Of a stretch of 37,724 bases of DNA, positions 24,738-33,914 are shown piece by piece. The DNA is from a virus (lineage: Duplodnaviria > Caudoviricetes). Position 1 is the stretch's first letter. Every line of letters begins with the position of its first letter. The translations under genes were made by a program, and so were the position numbers. Location: positions 1 through 37,724 of IMG/VR virus record IMGVR_UViG_3300020057_000084; one strand, 5' to 3'. A model generated the notes under the pieces. That model was not told the origin of the DNA and did no database searches. It saw nothing but the letters and a program-made list of their open reading frames with translations.

Positions 24738-26774
24738 TTATACCATTGGCTGTTGGGTAGTTTGCAAGCCCCCCACTTGAGGCTGTTGAGACATTGGTGG
24801 CATACCCTGTGGATTATTCATAGCGCTTGGGTCTTGTGGCATATCTGGTTCAGGAACCAATGGCGCTCCTGGGGCAATTTCAGGTTGCTGTTGTGGCTGC
24901 ATTGTTGGGAAGAACCTCTCAGCGTCAGTTAGTCCTTTAGACTCAAGATTAGCCACTAACAAGTCTTTTATCTTTGGCTGTATGCCCTCCTGCATTAGCA
25001 TCTGCATTACCTGTGGGTTGAGTATTGTTTCGATAGCAGCTTGTATGCCTCCTTGCATATCCTTATCTGCTCCGCTAGACATTGATCTAACATCAGCTAT
25101 GTAATCATAGTTGCCATTTAGATCTTCAGGCACAACCGACAACTCAGCCCCGTCATTTGTGTCGTTGATCTTCATCTTTGGCTTATATGACAACTCTTCC
25201 GGGTTTTCTACATCTTCATCCTCAAATATAGGATATTTAGGGGTTTGTCCTGCCTCCATCATTTGCAGCATGTCTTCATCTGACACGTTCCCACCCTGAG
25301 ACTGAATGATATCGCCTATTGTCTGCATTGATTCCACAGACACCTCCATCTCATCTAATCCTGCGCGCTGGAAATAATTATATAGATCTGAACCTACAAT
25401 CCTAATTATATATTCCTTCATCCCGGGATCAGCAAACATAAACTGTCTATTGTTGGATAACCACATACTCATCATGTCCTGCAATGCTTCAGCAAGGCAA
25501 GTCTGGTTTCTTTGATCCCTAGTGTTCTGCTGTTGTTGCGTTTGTTTGACCTCGGTTGCTGTCTTGTCTTGTGTGGTTTGATCCAGGTTAGATATGCCCT
25601 GCGAGATATCACCCATAGCATTACTAAAAGACTGAACGAGCGCTGTGTGAGTGGTCTGGAATAACTGCATGGGCTCTCCTGAGCCTTGATATGGCATGAC
25701 TGAATCCTGCCTGTCCACTAGCCACTGCGCGTCTGGCCCATATACAATGGTTTCAATTCTTACCTGACCATCAACAATTTTGAGTGGAGGTCGCATTAGG
25801 ATATTCATTGTGTCTAGGTAGCCACACATATTAGCTTGTATTGCACGCCATAGTGGCAATACTGGCTCTATCTCAGACTCTCCCATAGCATCGCCTGTCA
25901 GTTCGTAATATCTAAGCTGTACGACTGGGATCTTTCCATGAGCATATGGGTTCTCAATGTCTCTTAAGACAACTCTGTATTTGGGAGCAAATGTTATCCA
26001 ACGATCTTTCCTGTATTCCGTAACAATCTCTACTACGGGAAATACCCTATCTTGTCCCACTCTATCTTCTAAACCCTTAAGCCCTAGTGTTCTATTTTCG
26101 TATTCACTATCCCGCCTGTTACTTCTATTATCAGACATCTTAGCTTTGAGCTTATCTAGTCCTGGGTACATTTTTTTACCACCTGGCATATCGTTTTTCT
26201 TGTCTAAAACATCAACTCTTGGCCATTCTCGAACCTGGAACCACGCTGCATCTCTTATGTGAGTTGCTGATGAGGTATCAAAGCCACAATTTCTAATATC
26301 TAGCTTCATGAACTCATTTCCATTAAATATAACCTTACCGTCTTTATCACACTCATATTTCCACTTAGCCAAACCAAAACATGAAGCATATAGCCTTGTG
26401 TCTTGGCTCATCCCATACCACTTTGAAAGCATTGTCCCGCCCTCAATGGCATTATCCCATTGGAAATCCAAGACTGCGTTATTGATCTTGGCCCTAAGCA
26501 TGTCTCCACCCTCACGGGGTACAAGCCTACCTCTTAATTTAGCATTAAGTAGCCTTGAATCTTTCTCAATTACCGAGGTTCTAATACGAGGATCAACTAC
26601 GCGCGACTCATATGGCCAGTCGCTAGGTAGCTTGCCCCAGTATGCGTCAGTGATATCGTTCCAACCATTTTTGCGAGTCCTGCGGGTGTCGTTATCTTCT
26701 TTCCATATATTGTAATGGAACATACACTCACCAATTGGGGAATCGGGTAGGTTTACATTATTATTCTTTGCCAT
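24738..26774 (-). CDS. Portal protein (podovirus-type)
   Basis: 678 aa; NPYAHGKIPVV, GESEIE, KTATEV and a Q/P/M-rich tail; lies between terminase and scaffold. Confidence 0.85.
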   Translation of the reverse strand: MAKNNNVNLPDSPIGECMFHYNIWKEDNDTRRTRKNGWNDITDAYWGKLPSDWPYESRVVDPRIRTSVIEKDSRLLNAKLRGRLVPREGGDMLRAKINNAVLDFQWDNAIEGGTMLSKWYGMSQDTRLYASCFGLAKWKYECDKDGKVIFNGNEFMKLDIRNCGFDTSSATHIRDAAWFQVREWPRVDVLDKKNDMPGGKKMYPGLDKLKAKMSDNRSNRRDSEYENRTLGLKGLEDRVGQDRVFPVVEIVTEYRKDRWITFAPKYRVVLRDIENPYAHGKIPVVQLRYYELTGDAMGESEIEPVLPLWRAIQANMCGYLDTMNILMRPPLKIVDGQVRIETIVYGPDAQWLVDRQDSVMPYQGSGEPMQLFQTTHTALVQSFSNAMGDISQGISNLDQTTQDKTATEVKQTQQQQNTRDQRNQTCLAEALQDMMSMWLSNNRQFMFADPGMKEYIIRIVGSDLYNYFQRAGLDEMEVSVESMQTIGDIIQSQGGNVSDEDMLQMMEAGQTPKYPIFEDEDVENPEELSYKPKMKINDTNDGAELSVVPEDLNGNYDYIADVRSMSSGADKDMQGGIQAAIETILNPQVMQMLMQEGIQPKIKDLLVANLESKGLTDAERFFPTMQPQQQPEIAPGAPLVPEPDMPQDPSAMNNPQGMPPMSQQPQVGGLQTTQQPMV

Positions 26775-26780
26775 GCAAAA

Positions 26781-26811
26781 AGTATGGCTTAAGGGACAGG
26801 GAGGTTATCAA
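26781..26811 (-). promoter_or_regulatory. Late-type promoter, leaderless geometry
   Basis: TTGATA-ACCTCC..19bp-CATACT-6nt-ATG (26774). Confidence 0.7.
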
Positions 26812-27116
26812 GTAAACAGTAAGTCAGTTTTCCTGACAATAACCATAAGGTCAGAGAATTCCCCAATATTGTTCTCAACCCTGACCCCATGACAGCTTTC
26901 ACAGATCTTTATAAACTCACGGGGTACGAACTCGAAGCTATAGGGCTGACCCAGTGTCTGAGTCTGTGAGCAGGCTTGGCACACCCATTCATCGCCCAAC
27001 TTCTCCTGAACTAGTCCAAGATTGACACCACCGTATTTATTCCATCCATACATAGCCTCGGTTAATGGCTTACACCTCTCGGACACAATAATAATTGCAT
27101 TCATGATATCTGCCAC
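26808..27116 (-). CDS. Hypothetical Zn-finger protein
   Basis: CQAC and CESC motifs. Confidence 0.6.
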   Translation of the reverse strand: MADIMNAIIIVSERCKPLTEAMYGWNKYGGVNLGLVQEKLGDEWVCQACSQTQTLGQPYSFEFVPREFIKICESCHGVRVENNIGEFSDLMVIVRKTDLLFT

Positions 27117-27730
27117 TTACCCCTGGCATACGGCCTGACTGTAGTTATTCTTTTATGGTTCTCTGTCTGGAACAGTTGCCACGCTATAGCTGCGCTCATT
27201 ACTAGATCATCAAAAGCACCTGCTTCAGCCTCGGGCTTACCCTGCTTATTGACAATAAATGAATACATCTCAGAGACTGTTGGTTTGTCCCATATCCTTA
27301 TTAATTGGTTATCAACTGCGTCTTTTAGGTCTGCTAACATCTTAGGCCTTGTTGCCATGTTAGTATTCCAACCTAATTGCTTCTCTGTAGCATTATCTAT
27401 TGATCCCTCGTTTTTTGCAAGATAAATCCTAAACTTATTCTCTCTATTTAGCCTCGATAATCGCTCCATCTCAAAAAGCCCACCATTTTGTCTTTCATAA
27501 GCAACAATAGGCTCAACGCCTGTTATTTCGTAGATTCTTTCAAGGACTGGCAGTAATTCGTCAGTCATGGCGGGAGCAATTACATTTCTTTGATATACAA
27601 GGGGGGTATCAAGGTGGGTCTTACTAAAAAAGAGTGCGCATGAGTTGTCCCTACCTCCTGCTGCTGTGTCAACACCTACGACAATAAATTCATCCTTCTC
27701 AAAAGGCCTATATTGGCGAAAACCACTCAT
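27101..27730 (-). CDS. terL: Terminase large subunit, stand-alone C-terminal RNase H-like nuclease domain
   Basis: VGVDTAAG, DNS, YERQNGG, GWNT...TRP and GAFDDLVMSAAIA. Confidence 0.85.
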   Translation of the reverse strand: MSGFRQYRPFEKDEFIVVGVDTAAGGRDNSCALFFSKTHLDTPLVYQRNVIAPAMTDELLPVLERIYEITGVEPIVAYERQNGGLFEMERLSRLNRENKFRIYLAKNEGSIDNATEKQLGWNTNMATRPKMLADLKDAVDNQLIRIWDKPTVSEMYSFIVNKQGKPEAEAGAFDDLVMSAAIAWQLFQTENHKRITTVRPYARGKWQIS

Positions 27731-27742
27731 AGTTTGTTAATA

Positions 27743-27773
27743 AGCATATAGCACATTACTATGAGGTTTTCAA
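27743..27773 (-). promoter_or_regulatory. Late-type promoter for the terminase nuclease gene
   Basis: TTGAAA-ACCTCA..19bp-TATGCT-12nt-ATG. Confidence 0.65.
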
Positions 27774-30700
27774 GTTTCTAACCTTGAGCTTTAATACTTT
27801 TCCCTGTTTTGGGGCCTTCAATTGGTAAGTGCCTAATCTTGCGCCTTTCTTAACTTTTAAGCCATTAAGCTTAATCTCCTTCCCCTTACTTATCTTGATA
27901 CTCTTGATACTCTTGATCTTTGGCGCTTTCTTAACTCTTAGTCTTTTAGCTTTATTAAGGTTCTTACCTGTTTTGTCCACCTTAATTTTCTTTAAAGCCT
28001 TGGCCTCTGCATCGCTCAGCAAGCCCTTTTCATTAAGTTTAGTGATAACTCCATTACTTGCGAATTGAGAGCCTGTAATGCTCACTACACGGCCTGTGAG
28101 GATGTTGTTTATAAGTTCCTCGTGGGATTGACTCTCCTGAGCTAGGTATTGAGCGGATACGTCTTCGTTGTAGCCTGCTAGAGCTGCATATCCGGCGTCT
28201 TTGGGGTCAATTCCCCAGTCCTTAAACACTTTGTTCTTCGTTGCTTGATCTATGCCCTCTAGATTCCAGAGCTTAGCTGCCTGTTTTTCCTTCCAGTTGG
28301 AGTCAACTATTGCCCTGATACCAGTACCACTTGTCTTAGGGGCGAGGTCAAAGGACTCTAGGCTACCATTAGTACCTATGTATTGAATTTTGTTGTCTTT
28401 AATTCCACCCTGCGATGTGCTCGTTGTCTGTGGTGTATTTTTCTGTATCTCTGCAATTCTTTTATCTGCAGTAGCTTGATCTATTTTACCAGTCAACTTG
28501 TCTTTTGTTATTGCATTTATGAGCTTACTATTACCCTCAAAGGCTTGATTGTTAAAGGAAGCTTCCTTCTCACGTTGTTTCTGTGCTTGTTCTGGACCAA
28601 ACTGTGATATCTTTATTCCTCCTACTCTTGCAACAGCTTGTGGAACTGTCTGCGTACTACCATACCTGTTAGGATTGCCATCAGCGGCACTTTTAACATC
28701 AATTATGCTATTTGCAGTTGGTGGTAGATAATTTCCTCCTGCAAATTTAAGTTGATTAATTAGTTTCTCTTGACCCGTTAGTGTTGATGGCTGATATTTA
28801 TTTTCATTAGGATCTTTTATGTTCTTCCCCCTGAAGTCTCTATTAACCAAAAGTTGAACAGGCGTAGACAGTAATGGATCACCAGCGCTTTGAGCTATGG
28901 TAGTTGCAGCGTCTAAGTTGCCTGATTTATCTCTTTTAATATTTGGTACAAATGGAAGAACTTTTAATACATTTGTGGTTTCATTATTGGCGTAAAAAGG
29001 AGAAATGTATCTAGCTGCATTTATCTCTCCAATTGGTGTTTGCCATGTGAGGGGTATATTGAGTCCTGGAATCATTGGAGCACCAAACCTATTTTCTCTA
29101 GTTTGCCTATCTTCTTCTGTCTCCCCAGATGCTTTACTGGATAGTCTTGCAACGCCATACAATGCCCCCAGGAAGCTTATTAATGCTATTGGATTATTAA
29201 CTGCCCCATTCTTTATTATTCTCATTAAATCTCCCTGGAATTTAATAAAGGCCTGACCAAATACAGGAGTCTTAGAATATAAATCGTAAAACTTACCAAC
29301 ACTTGCATAGTTCTGAAATCCATCGGCTACCCTCCTGGTTGCTTCTCCCACTGAGTATCCTTTATCTAGTAATCCTTTGAATGCTGCTGCTTTATAGACA
29401 TCATCAGTACCACCATAAAAAGATTGAGCCTTATCACTTGCTCCCTGGACTACAGCCTTAAGTTTGTTTGTCTTAGTACTTACGCCCTGAGCTAGTGAAT
29501 CAATAGAGCTCAATTTATTAACAAAGTCTGTCCTGGTTATATCTGTTCCTGTGACTCCCTTGCTCATTAAATGATCACTGATTTGTTTATATTCGGCTGG
29601 ATTACTCTTAAATCGTACTATATTTCTATTAAGAGTGAAGGGATTTACCCCAGTAACAAATCCAAACACCTGATCTGAGACTATATTCCCAACATTAGTA
29701 GTAGGATTAAACACAGTTAGGAGTTTCTTCTGTAATTGTCTAATTGGGAGTCTGTCATAGGCTCTAAAAGCGTCATATAGATTTTGCACGCCTTGATTAG
29801 AGAAAAACGCTCCCTTTAGATCTTCGGCAGCACTGTTTAACACATACTTACCCGACAATTCTCCATAAGCAGGAGAATCTGATAACTTTATAAAGCCTGG
29901 CTTTTCAAAATCTGATATTAAATGGGACTGAGTACCCAAGAAATCTGTATATTTTCTGATTGCTGTATTGGTCTGCACTTGAGACAGCCTCTTACCTAAA
30001 GCGTATACTGGATCGTTAAGTGAATTATCTATCTTCCACTGATCTAGTTCTTTTTTTGATTTATACAAATCAGTTGCTATCTTCTTTCCTTGAGTTACAA
30101 ATTGGCTAACTTCGGTTGGCATTTCATACACATCGTACATTCTAGGCGTATATTTACCCATATTGGCCTTATATACATCCGTTGAAATATGTTTATTTGC
30201 ATAAGATATGTCATGTGTTAAATCAAAACCTTGCTTTAACAGCGTATAGACTGCCTTTTCTGACGCACTTAACTCCACTTCTCCTACTTTGATCTTGCTG
30301 ATTCCTGGATCAAGTACTGCATTTATTCTCTCAAGCGATTTCTTGTTACTTCCCAAAGCGTCATATAGAGAAGTCATCACGTCAAAAGCCCTCTGGTTGG
30401 ATGTTCCCATTTCTCCTTTTAAAGTGAATGAAGCTCGTGCTCTCTCGGGAGACATTCCCAGTCCCCTAAAGAAGTTTTGCATTGTGGAAGCAGCAGTCCT
30501 TACTAGCTTATTATCAGAGCCTAGCTTGCCCTCAATTGCCGTCGTTACCTTAGACTGACCTGCTCTAAGAGTCTTAGTATAGATATTAGCCCCTCTGCCT
30601 CCTCCTACTGGCGTTTGAGTGGAATAGCCCGCAGTATCCTTCATAAATTGATCTATTTTTGCGGGTATAGATTTGGCAACTTCTTCAGGTGGTGGTATAA

Positions 30701-32108
30701 TGCCATCTGATGAGCCTTTCGGTAAAGATTTTTCTACTATTACTTTTGATTGCTGGGGTGTGGCTATTGTTTTTTGCCCCCCCAAACCAACCATGCCTGT
30801 ATCAATGTTCTGAGGAAGAGCCGAACGAGGTTTCAATGTAGCCCTAGCTTGTGCTATAATGTCATCAGATGATGCAGATTGTGCCACTTTTAGGTTACCT
30901 CGCTGTTGGGGTAATTGTCCTGTTTGGGATTGTAATGGGTTTGGCTGTTGTCCTAATGCCCCTGAACGAGAAAATGCTGGATTGGCGTTGGCCTCAATGG
31001 AAGCGTTATTCAGCTCTGGCATTAATCGCCCCTGTGGGTTTGTTGGTTGGCTTACTACTCCTTGGATTCTCAAATTTTGACCCGCTTCATTAGCAAGTGG
31101 CGTGTTCCCTACTCCTGCATTCATCTCCTCGCTTATCTGTTTAGCAACATTCCCCTTCATATTGAGAGCCTTTACCCCTGCAATAGGCTGTGGAAGCTGT
31201 GAGGTACGGGGCTTCTTGGGAGATCTTATCGACACCTTAGCTGTGGGATCTATAAATCCTCTCTCATCTCTTGCAACTCTTATTAATCTACTTGCGTTAT
31301 CCCTTACTGCCTCAAACTCTGGAAGATTAAACCTTCTTCCTAGATTAGTATTGATGCTTCTCTCTAATTTCAGGTCATCAACAAAAGTTTTACTAGCTTT
31401 GGCTTGTTTGGCTATACTCAACTCTTTACCAAACTTATATCCTGAATATAGATCCTCAATAGTTTTATATGAGTTCTTGGTATTCTTAATTGAGTCAATT
31501 GCTTCTCTCAATAGGGGCTGATTATTTCTAAGCGTTGTTAAGAACTCACTAATATTTCGTGAATTAGCAGCGACCTGATTAAGTGTAGGGGTAGACTTCC
31601 TTGAGGCCACCAGACCTGCGCCCAACACAAGGTTATCTACATTCCCTAGTGGTCCCGCTGCGGGCACAAGCCCTGCTACATCCCCTACTGCGCCAACCCT
31701 AGTGAGTAGTCCACCCTTCTTTACTTCCGCCCTCCTCTTAGGTGAGGTTAATGCTTCCATGCCTCTTAAAGCAGAAGCTCCTGATAAGGTATCAGTAAGT
31801 CCCTGTACACCCATCTTAAGGGCTGGTTTAGCAAGGGGGGTTATTGGATTTATTGACAGTAATGGTTTAAATGGTTTAAGTGGTACACGGTCTATTTGCT
31901 TATTAATCTTTCCTGAAGCATTCTGGGAGAACTGCTCAGCTAACGGCCTATATGTTGCTGCTCTGTCAGCAAATGTCTTGCCTAGAGTAGGTGGCGCAAT
32001 ATTAGGTCTGCTTTGACCAATAGAATTAAACCCCTGTGGCTGTGGCGCAAAGATCTGCTGAGCCCTCTTCTTAATCTTGTTGATTGAGTTCTGGATTAAA
32101 TGATCCAT
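27759..32108 (-). CDS. Large internal virion / DNA ejection protein
   Basis: 1449 aa with a low-complexity N-terminus, a helical core with a hydrophobic segment, and a very Lys-rich C-terminus. Confidence 0.6.
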   Translation of the reverse strand: MDHLIQNSINKIKKRAQQIFAPQPQGFNSIGQSRPNIAPPTLGKTFADRAATYRPLAEQFSQNASGKINKQIDRVPLKPFKPLLSINPITPLAKPALKMGVQGLTDTLSGASALRGMEALTSPKRRAEVKKGGLLTRVGAVGDVAGLVPAAGPLGNVDNLVLGAGLVASRKSTPTLNQVAANSRNISEFLTTLRNNQPLLREAIDSIKNTKNSYKTIEDLYSGYKFGKELSIAKQAKASKTFVDDLKLERSINTNLGRRFNLPEFEAVRDNASRLIRVARDERGFIDPTAKVSIRSPKKPRTSQLPQPIAGVKALNMKGNVAKQISEEMNAGVGNTPLANEAGQNLRIQGVVSQPTNPQGRLMPELNNASIEANANPAFSRSGALGQQPNPLQSQTGQLPQQRGNLKVAQSASSDDIIAQARATLKPRSALPQNIDTGMVGLGGQKTIATPQQSKVIVEKSLPKGSSDGIIPPPEEVAKSIPAKIDQFMKDTAGYSTQTPVGGGRGANIYTKTLRAGQSKVTTAIEGKLGSDNKLVRTAASTMQNFFRGLGMSPERARASFTLKGEMGTSNQRAFDVMTSLYDALGSNKKSLERINAVLDPGISKIKVGEVELSASEKAVYTLLKQGFDLTHDISYANKHISTDVYKANMGKYTPRMYDVYEMPTEVSQFVTQGKKIATDLYKSKKELDQWKIDNSLNDPVYALGKRLSQVQTNTAIRKYTDFLGTQSHLISDFEKPGFIKLSDSPAYGELSGKYVLNSAAEDLKGAFFSNQGVQNLYDAFRAYDRLPIRQLQKKLLTVFNPTTNVGNIVSDQVFGFVTGVNPFTLNRNIVRFKSNPAEYKQISDHLMSKGVTGTDITRTDFVNKLSSIDSLAQGVSTKTNKLKAVVQGASDKAQSFYGGTDDVYKAAAFKGLLDKGYSVGEATRRVADGFQNYASVGKFYDLYSKTPVFGQAFIKFQGDLMRIIKNGAVNNPIALISFLGALYGVARLSSKASGETEEDRQTRENRFGAPMIPGLNIPLTWQTPIGEINAARYISPFYANNETTNVLKVLPFVPNIKRDKSGNLDAATTIAQSAGDPLLSTPVQLLVNRDFRGKNIKDPNENKYQPSTLTGQEKLINQLKFAGGNYLPPTANSIIDVKSAADGNPNRYGSTQTVPQAVARVGGIKISQFGPEQAQKQREKEASFNNQAFEGNSKLINAITKDKLTGKIDQATADKRIAEIQKNTPQTTSTSQGGIKDNKIQYIGTNGSLESFDLAPKTSGTGIRAIVDSNWKEKQAAKLWNLEGIDQATKNKVFKDWGIDPKDAGYAALAGYNEDVSAQYLAQESQSHEELINNILTGRVVSITGSQFASNGVITKLNEKGLLSDAEAKALKKIKVDKTGKNLNKAKRLRVKKAPKIKSIKSIKISKGKEIKLNGLKVKKGARLGTYQLKAPKQGKVLKLKVRNLKTS

Positions 32109-32114
32109 GGGGAA

Positions 32115-32145
32115 ATGATAGGTTAGTAGTGGGGGAGGTTATCAA
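32115..32145 (-). promoter_or_regulatory. Late-type promoter, leaderless geometry
   Basis: TTGATA-ACCTCC..19bp-TATCAT-6nt-ATG (32108). Confidence 0.7.
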
Positions 32146-33495
32146 TTAGCTGAGAAAATCGAAGGAAGACTTGGGTTTCCCACCCATTGGGCCAACTAAA
32201 CTGCTTATATAGTCATCATCTTTAATACCCATACGCCCTGTCAACCTACCGTTTGTTAAACCTCTATTAGAATTACCAGCAGTGAGATCGGAGGTTGGGT
32301 TTGTGGTCGTATTGTTAATGAAGCTGTCTACTGCTCCACCTGCTGTTCCCGTTGCAGAGCCCAGAGATGAGCTATAACTGCTAAGCTGTTGCTGTGCTGA
32401 CTGTTTCTGTTGTTCTAGGGCTTGTTTAAACTGCATATTCTGTACTTCTATTTGATATACCTGATTCCTCATGTTTTGGAGCGCTGAGAGCCTTGCCTGA
32501 GCTTTATTCATGTTCAAATCTGCTCTGTTTTTGTTGATGTCAAGTAATTTATTCTGAAAATCCCTATTGACCTGGTTAATAGCTTGTTGCTTCTGTTGTT
32601 CAAGTTGCATGATGCCATTGTCATAACTCTTCTGTACTTCCACTCTCTGTCCCTCAATTTGTCTAATTGTATTCCCGAAGTCTTGCTGTAGTTTACCTTG
32701 CTGTTTTTGCTGTTCTACGTTGGCTATCTCACTTGCTGCTCCACCTGCTGAAGAAGCGCCACCAAATCTTTGTCCATATCCCATTTTTAGGTCGCTATAT
32801 AGTCGTCTATTAGCTGCTGCTGCGTCATTCCGTCTTTGTGTAGCTGATACTTCCTGACCTCCTAGTGTTCCAAACGCGCTGTCTTTTTGTGAGCCCAGTA
32901 ATGTGGAATTAACATCATAGTTCCCTTGTGCTTCTTGTAGGTGAGAAGGTAAATCAGATCGTAATTGTCCTTCAGCCTGATTGAGATAATTGAAGGAATC
33001 GTTATATGACTCATCAATAAGTCTTTGATCATCTTGCTGATTCTGATTCATCGAACTGATTAGATCATTGTATTCAGTTTCCTGTGAAGGGTTCCTGTTT
33101 CCACCAATAGCCCTTAGTTGACCAACTCTGTCTAGGGATGGAGCACCATCTGGAACTGGAGATTTTACTCTGGTATCACCATTCACAGAGTTTCTTTCAT
33201 TAGTGAAGCCATTGTTGGGAGTAACTACTGGTGCTGCTTTTCCCGCAGATGGTCTATATCCCGAAAGATTACTGCCTCCATCTGCACTTGCCGGAGCATT
33301 TATCGCTCTGCCTATTCTCTCAGTAATATTAAAATCTTTAGTTCCCCAATTACCTGTATGGGCTCCACTTCTTCCATAAGCTCCAGCTAGAGCACCCACT
33401 ACACCCAAAATATGAGGAAGTTTGGCAATCTTAGCCTCAATCCCTTCGTAATTTGACCTGTCGTGATATAGGGTTTGGTGAGAATTATTTAGCAT
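32146..33495 (-). CDS. Gln-rich coiled-coil internal virion / ejection protein (start uncertain)
   Basis: Long Q/N-rich helical region with G/S/A-rich flanks. Confidence 0.55.
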   Translation of the reverse strand: MLNNSHQTLYHDRSNYEGIEAKIAKLPHILGVVGALAGAYGRSGAHTGNWGTKDFNITERIGRAINAPASADGGSNLSGYRPSAGKAAPVVTPNNGFTNERNSVNGDTRVKSPVPDGAPSLDRVGQLRAIGGNRNPSQETEYNDLISSMNQNQQDDQRLIDESYNDSFNYLNQAEGQLRSDLPSHLQEAQGNYDVNSTLLGSQKDSAFGTLGGQEVSATQRRNDAAAANRRLYSDLKMGYGQRFGGASSAGGAASEIANVEQQKQQGKLQQDFGNTIRQIEGQRVEVQKSYDNGIMQLEQQKQQAINQVNRDFQNKLLDINKNRADLNMNKAQARLSALQNMRNQVYQIEVQNMQFKQALEQQKQSAQQQLSSYSSSLGSATGTAGGAVDSFINNTTTNPTSDLTAGNSNRGLTNGRLTGRMGIKDDDYISSLVGPMGGKPKSSFDFLS

Positions 33496-33518
33496 ATATA
33501 TTTATATAGATTATTAAG

Positions 33519-33549
33519 AGGTTATCTAAAACTAAGGGGAGGTTTTCAA
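33519..33549 (-). promoter_or_regulatory. Late-type promoter
   Basis: TTGAAA-ACCTCC..19bp-TAACCT. Confidence 0.6.
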
Positions 33550-33806
33550 TACACCAAATCATGTGTTAGATGTACAAAGGATTACTGCTTTCAAGAATTC
33601 GCCAGCTTCTAGTTGCCACATTGGCCCCCTACCCCCAGGACATTTCCCTTCTCCAATCTATTCTCCGCATTGAGCCCCCAGCTCCTAGAAATTGTCTAGG
33701 TCAAGAGTGGTCAACATGCGTCTGAATGAGTTGTCAAAGTGGCCTAGTCCGTTTATTACTCGAAAAACCTCAAAGGAAACGGCGGCTGGCCTGTCTTTCT
33801 CCCACT

Positions 33807-33846
33807 AAAAAGCCCCGCAGTAAGGAAAAACTTATTTGCGAGGCTT
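33807..33846 (-). terminator. Intrinsic terminator-like hairpin
   Basis: AAGCCTCGCA/TGCGGGGCTT stem followed by TTT. Confidence 0.7.
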
Positions 33847-33883
33847 AAACTAAATATCTAGTTCAATTTTTCCTTACCAGATT

Positions 33884-33914
33884 AGGATAAGGGAGACTGT
33901 AGGGACGTTTTCAA
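33884..33914 (-). promoter_or_regulatory. Late-type promoter driving a short RNA
   Basis: TTGAAA-ACGTCC..19bp-TATCCT. Confidence 0.55.

Noticed and set aside
27731-33910. Giant self-splicing intron joining the terminase halves
   Set aside because: No group I or II core was recognisable at the 3' boundary, and the nuclease gene has its own promoter and ATG. Not formally excluded without RT-PCR.
9572-33914. Plus-strand GGAGGT motifs as Shine-Dalgarno sites of antisense genes
   Set aside because: They are not followed by credible plus-strand ORFs. Their fixed distance to minus-strand -10 boxes and start codons fits promoters.
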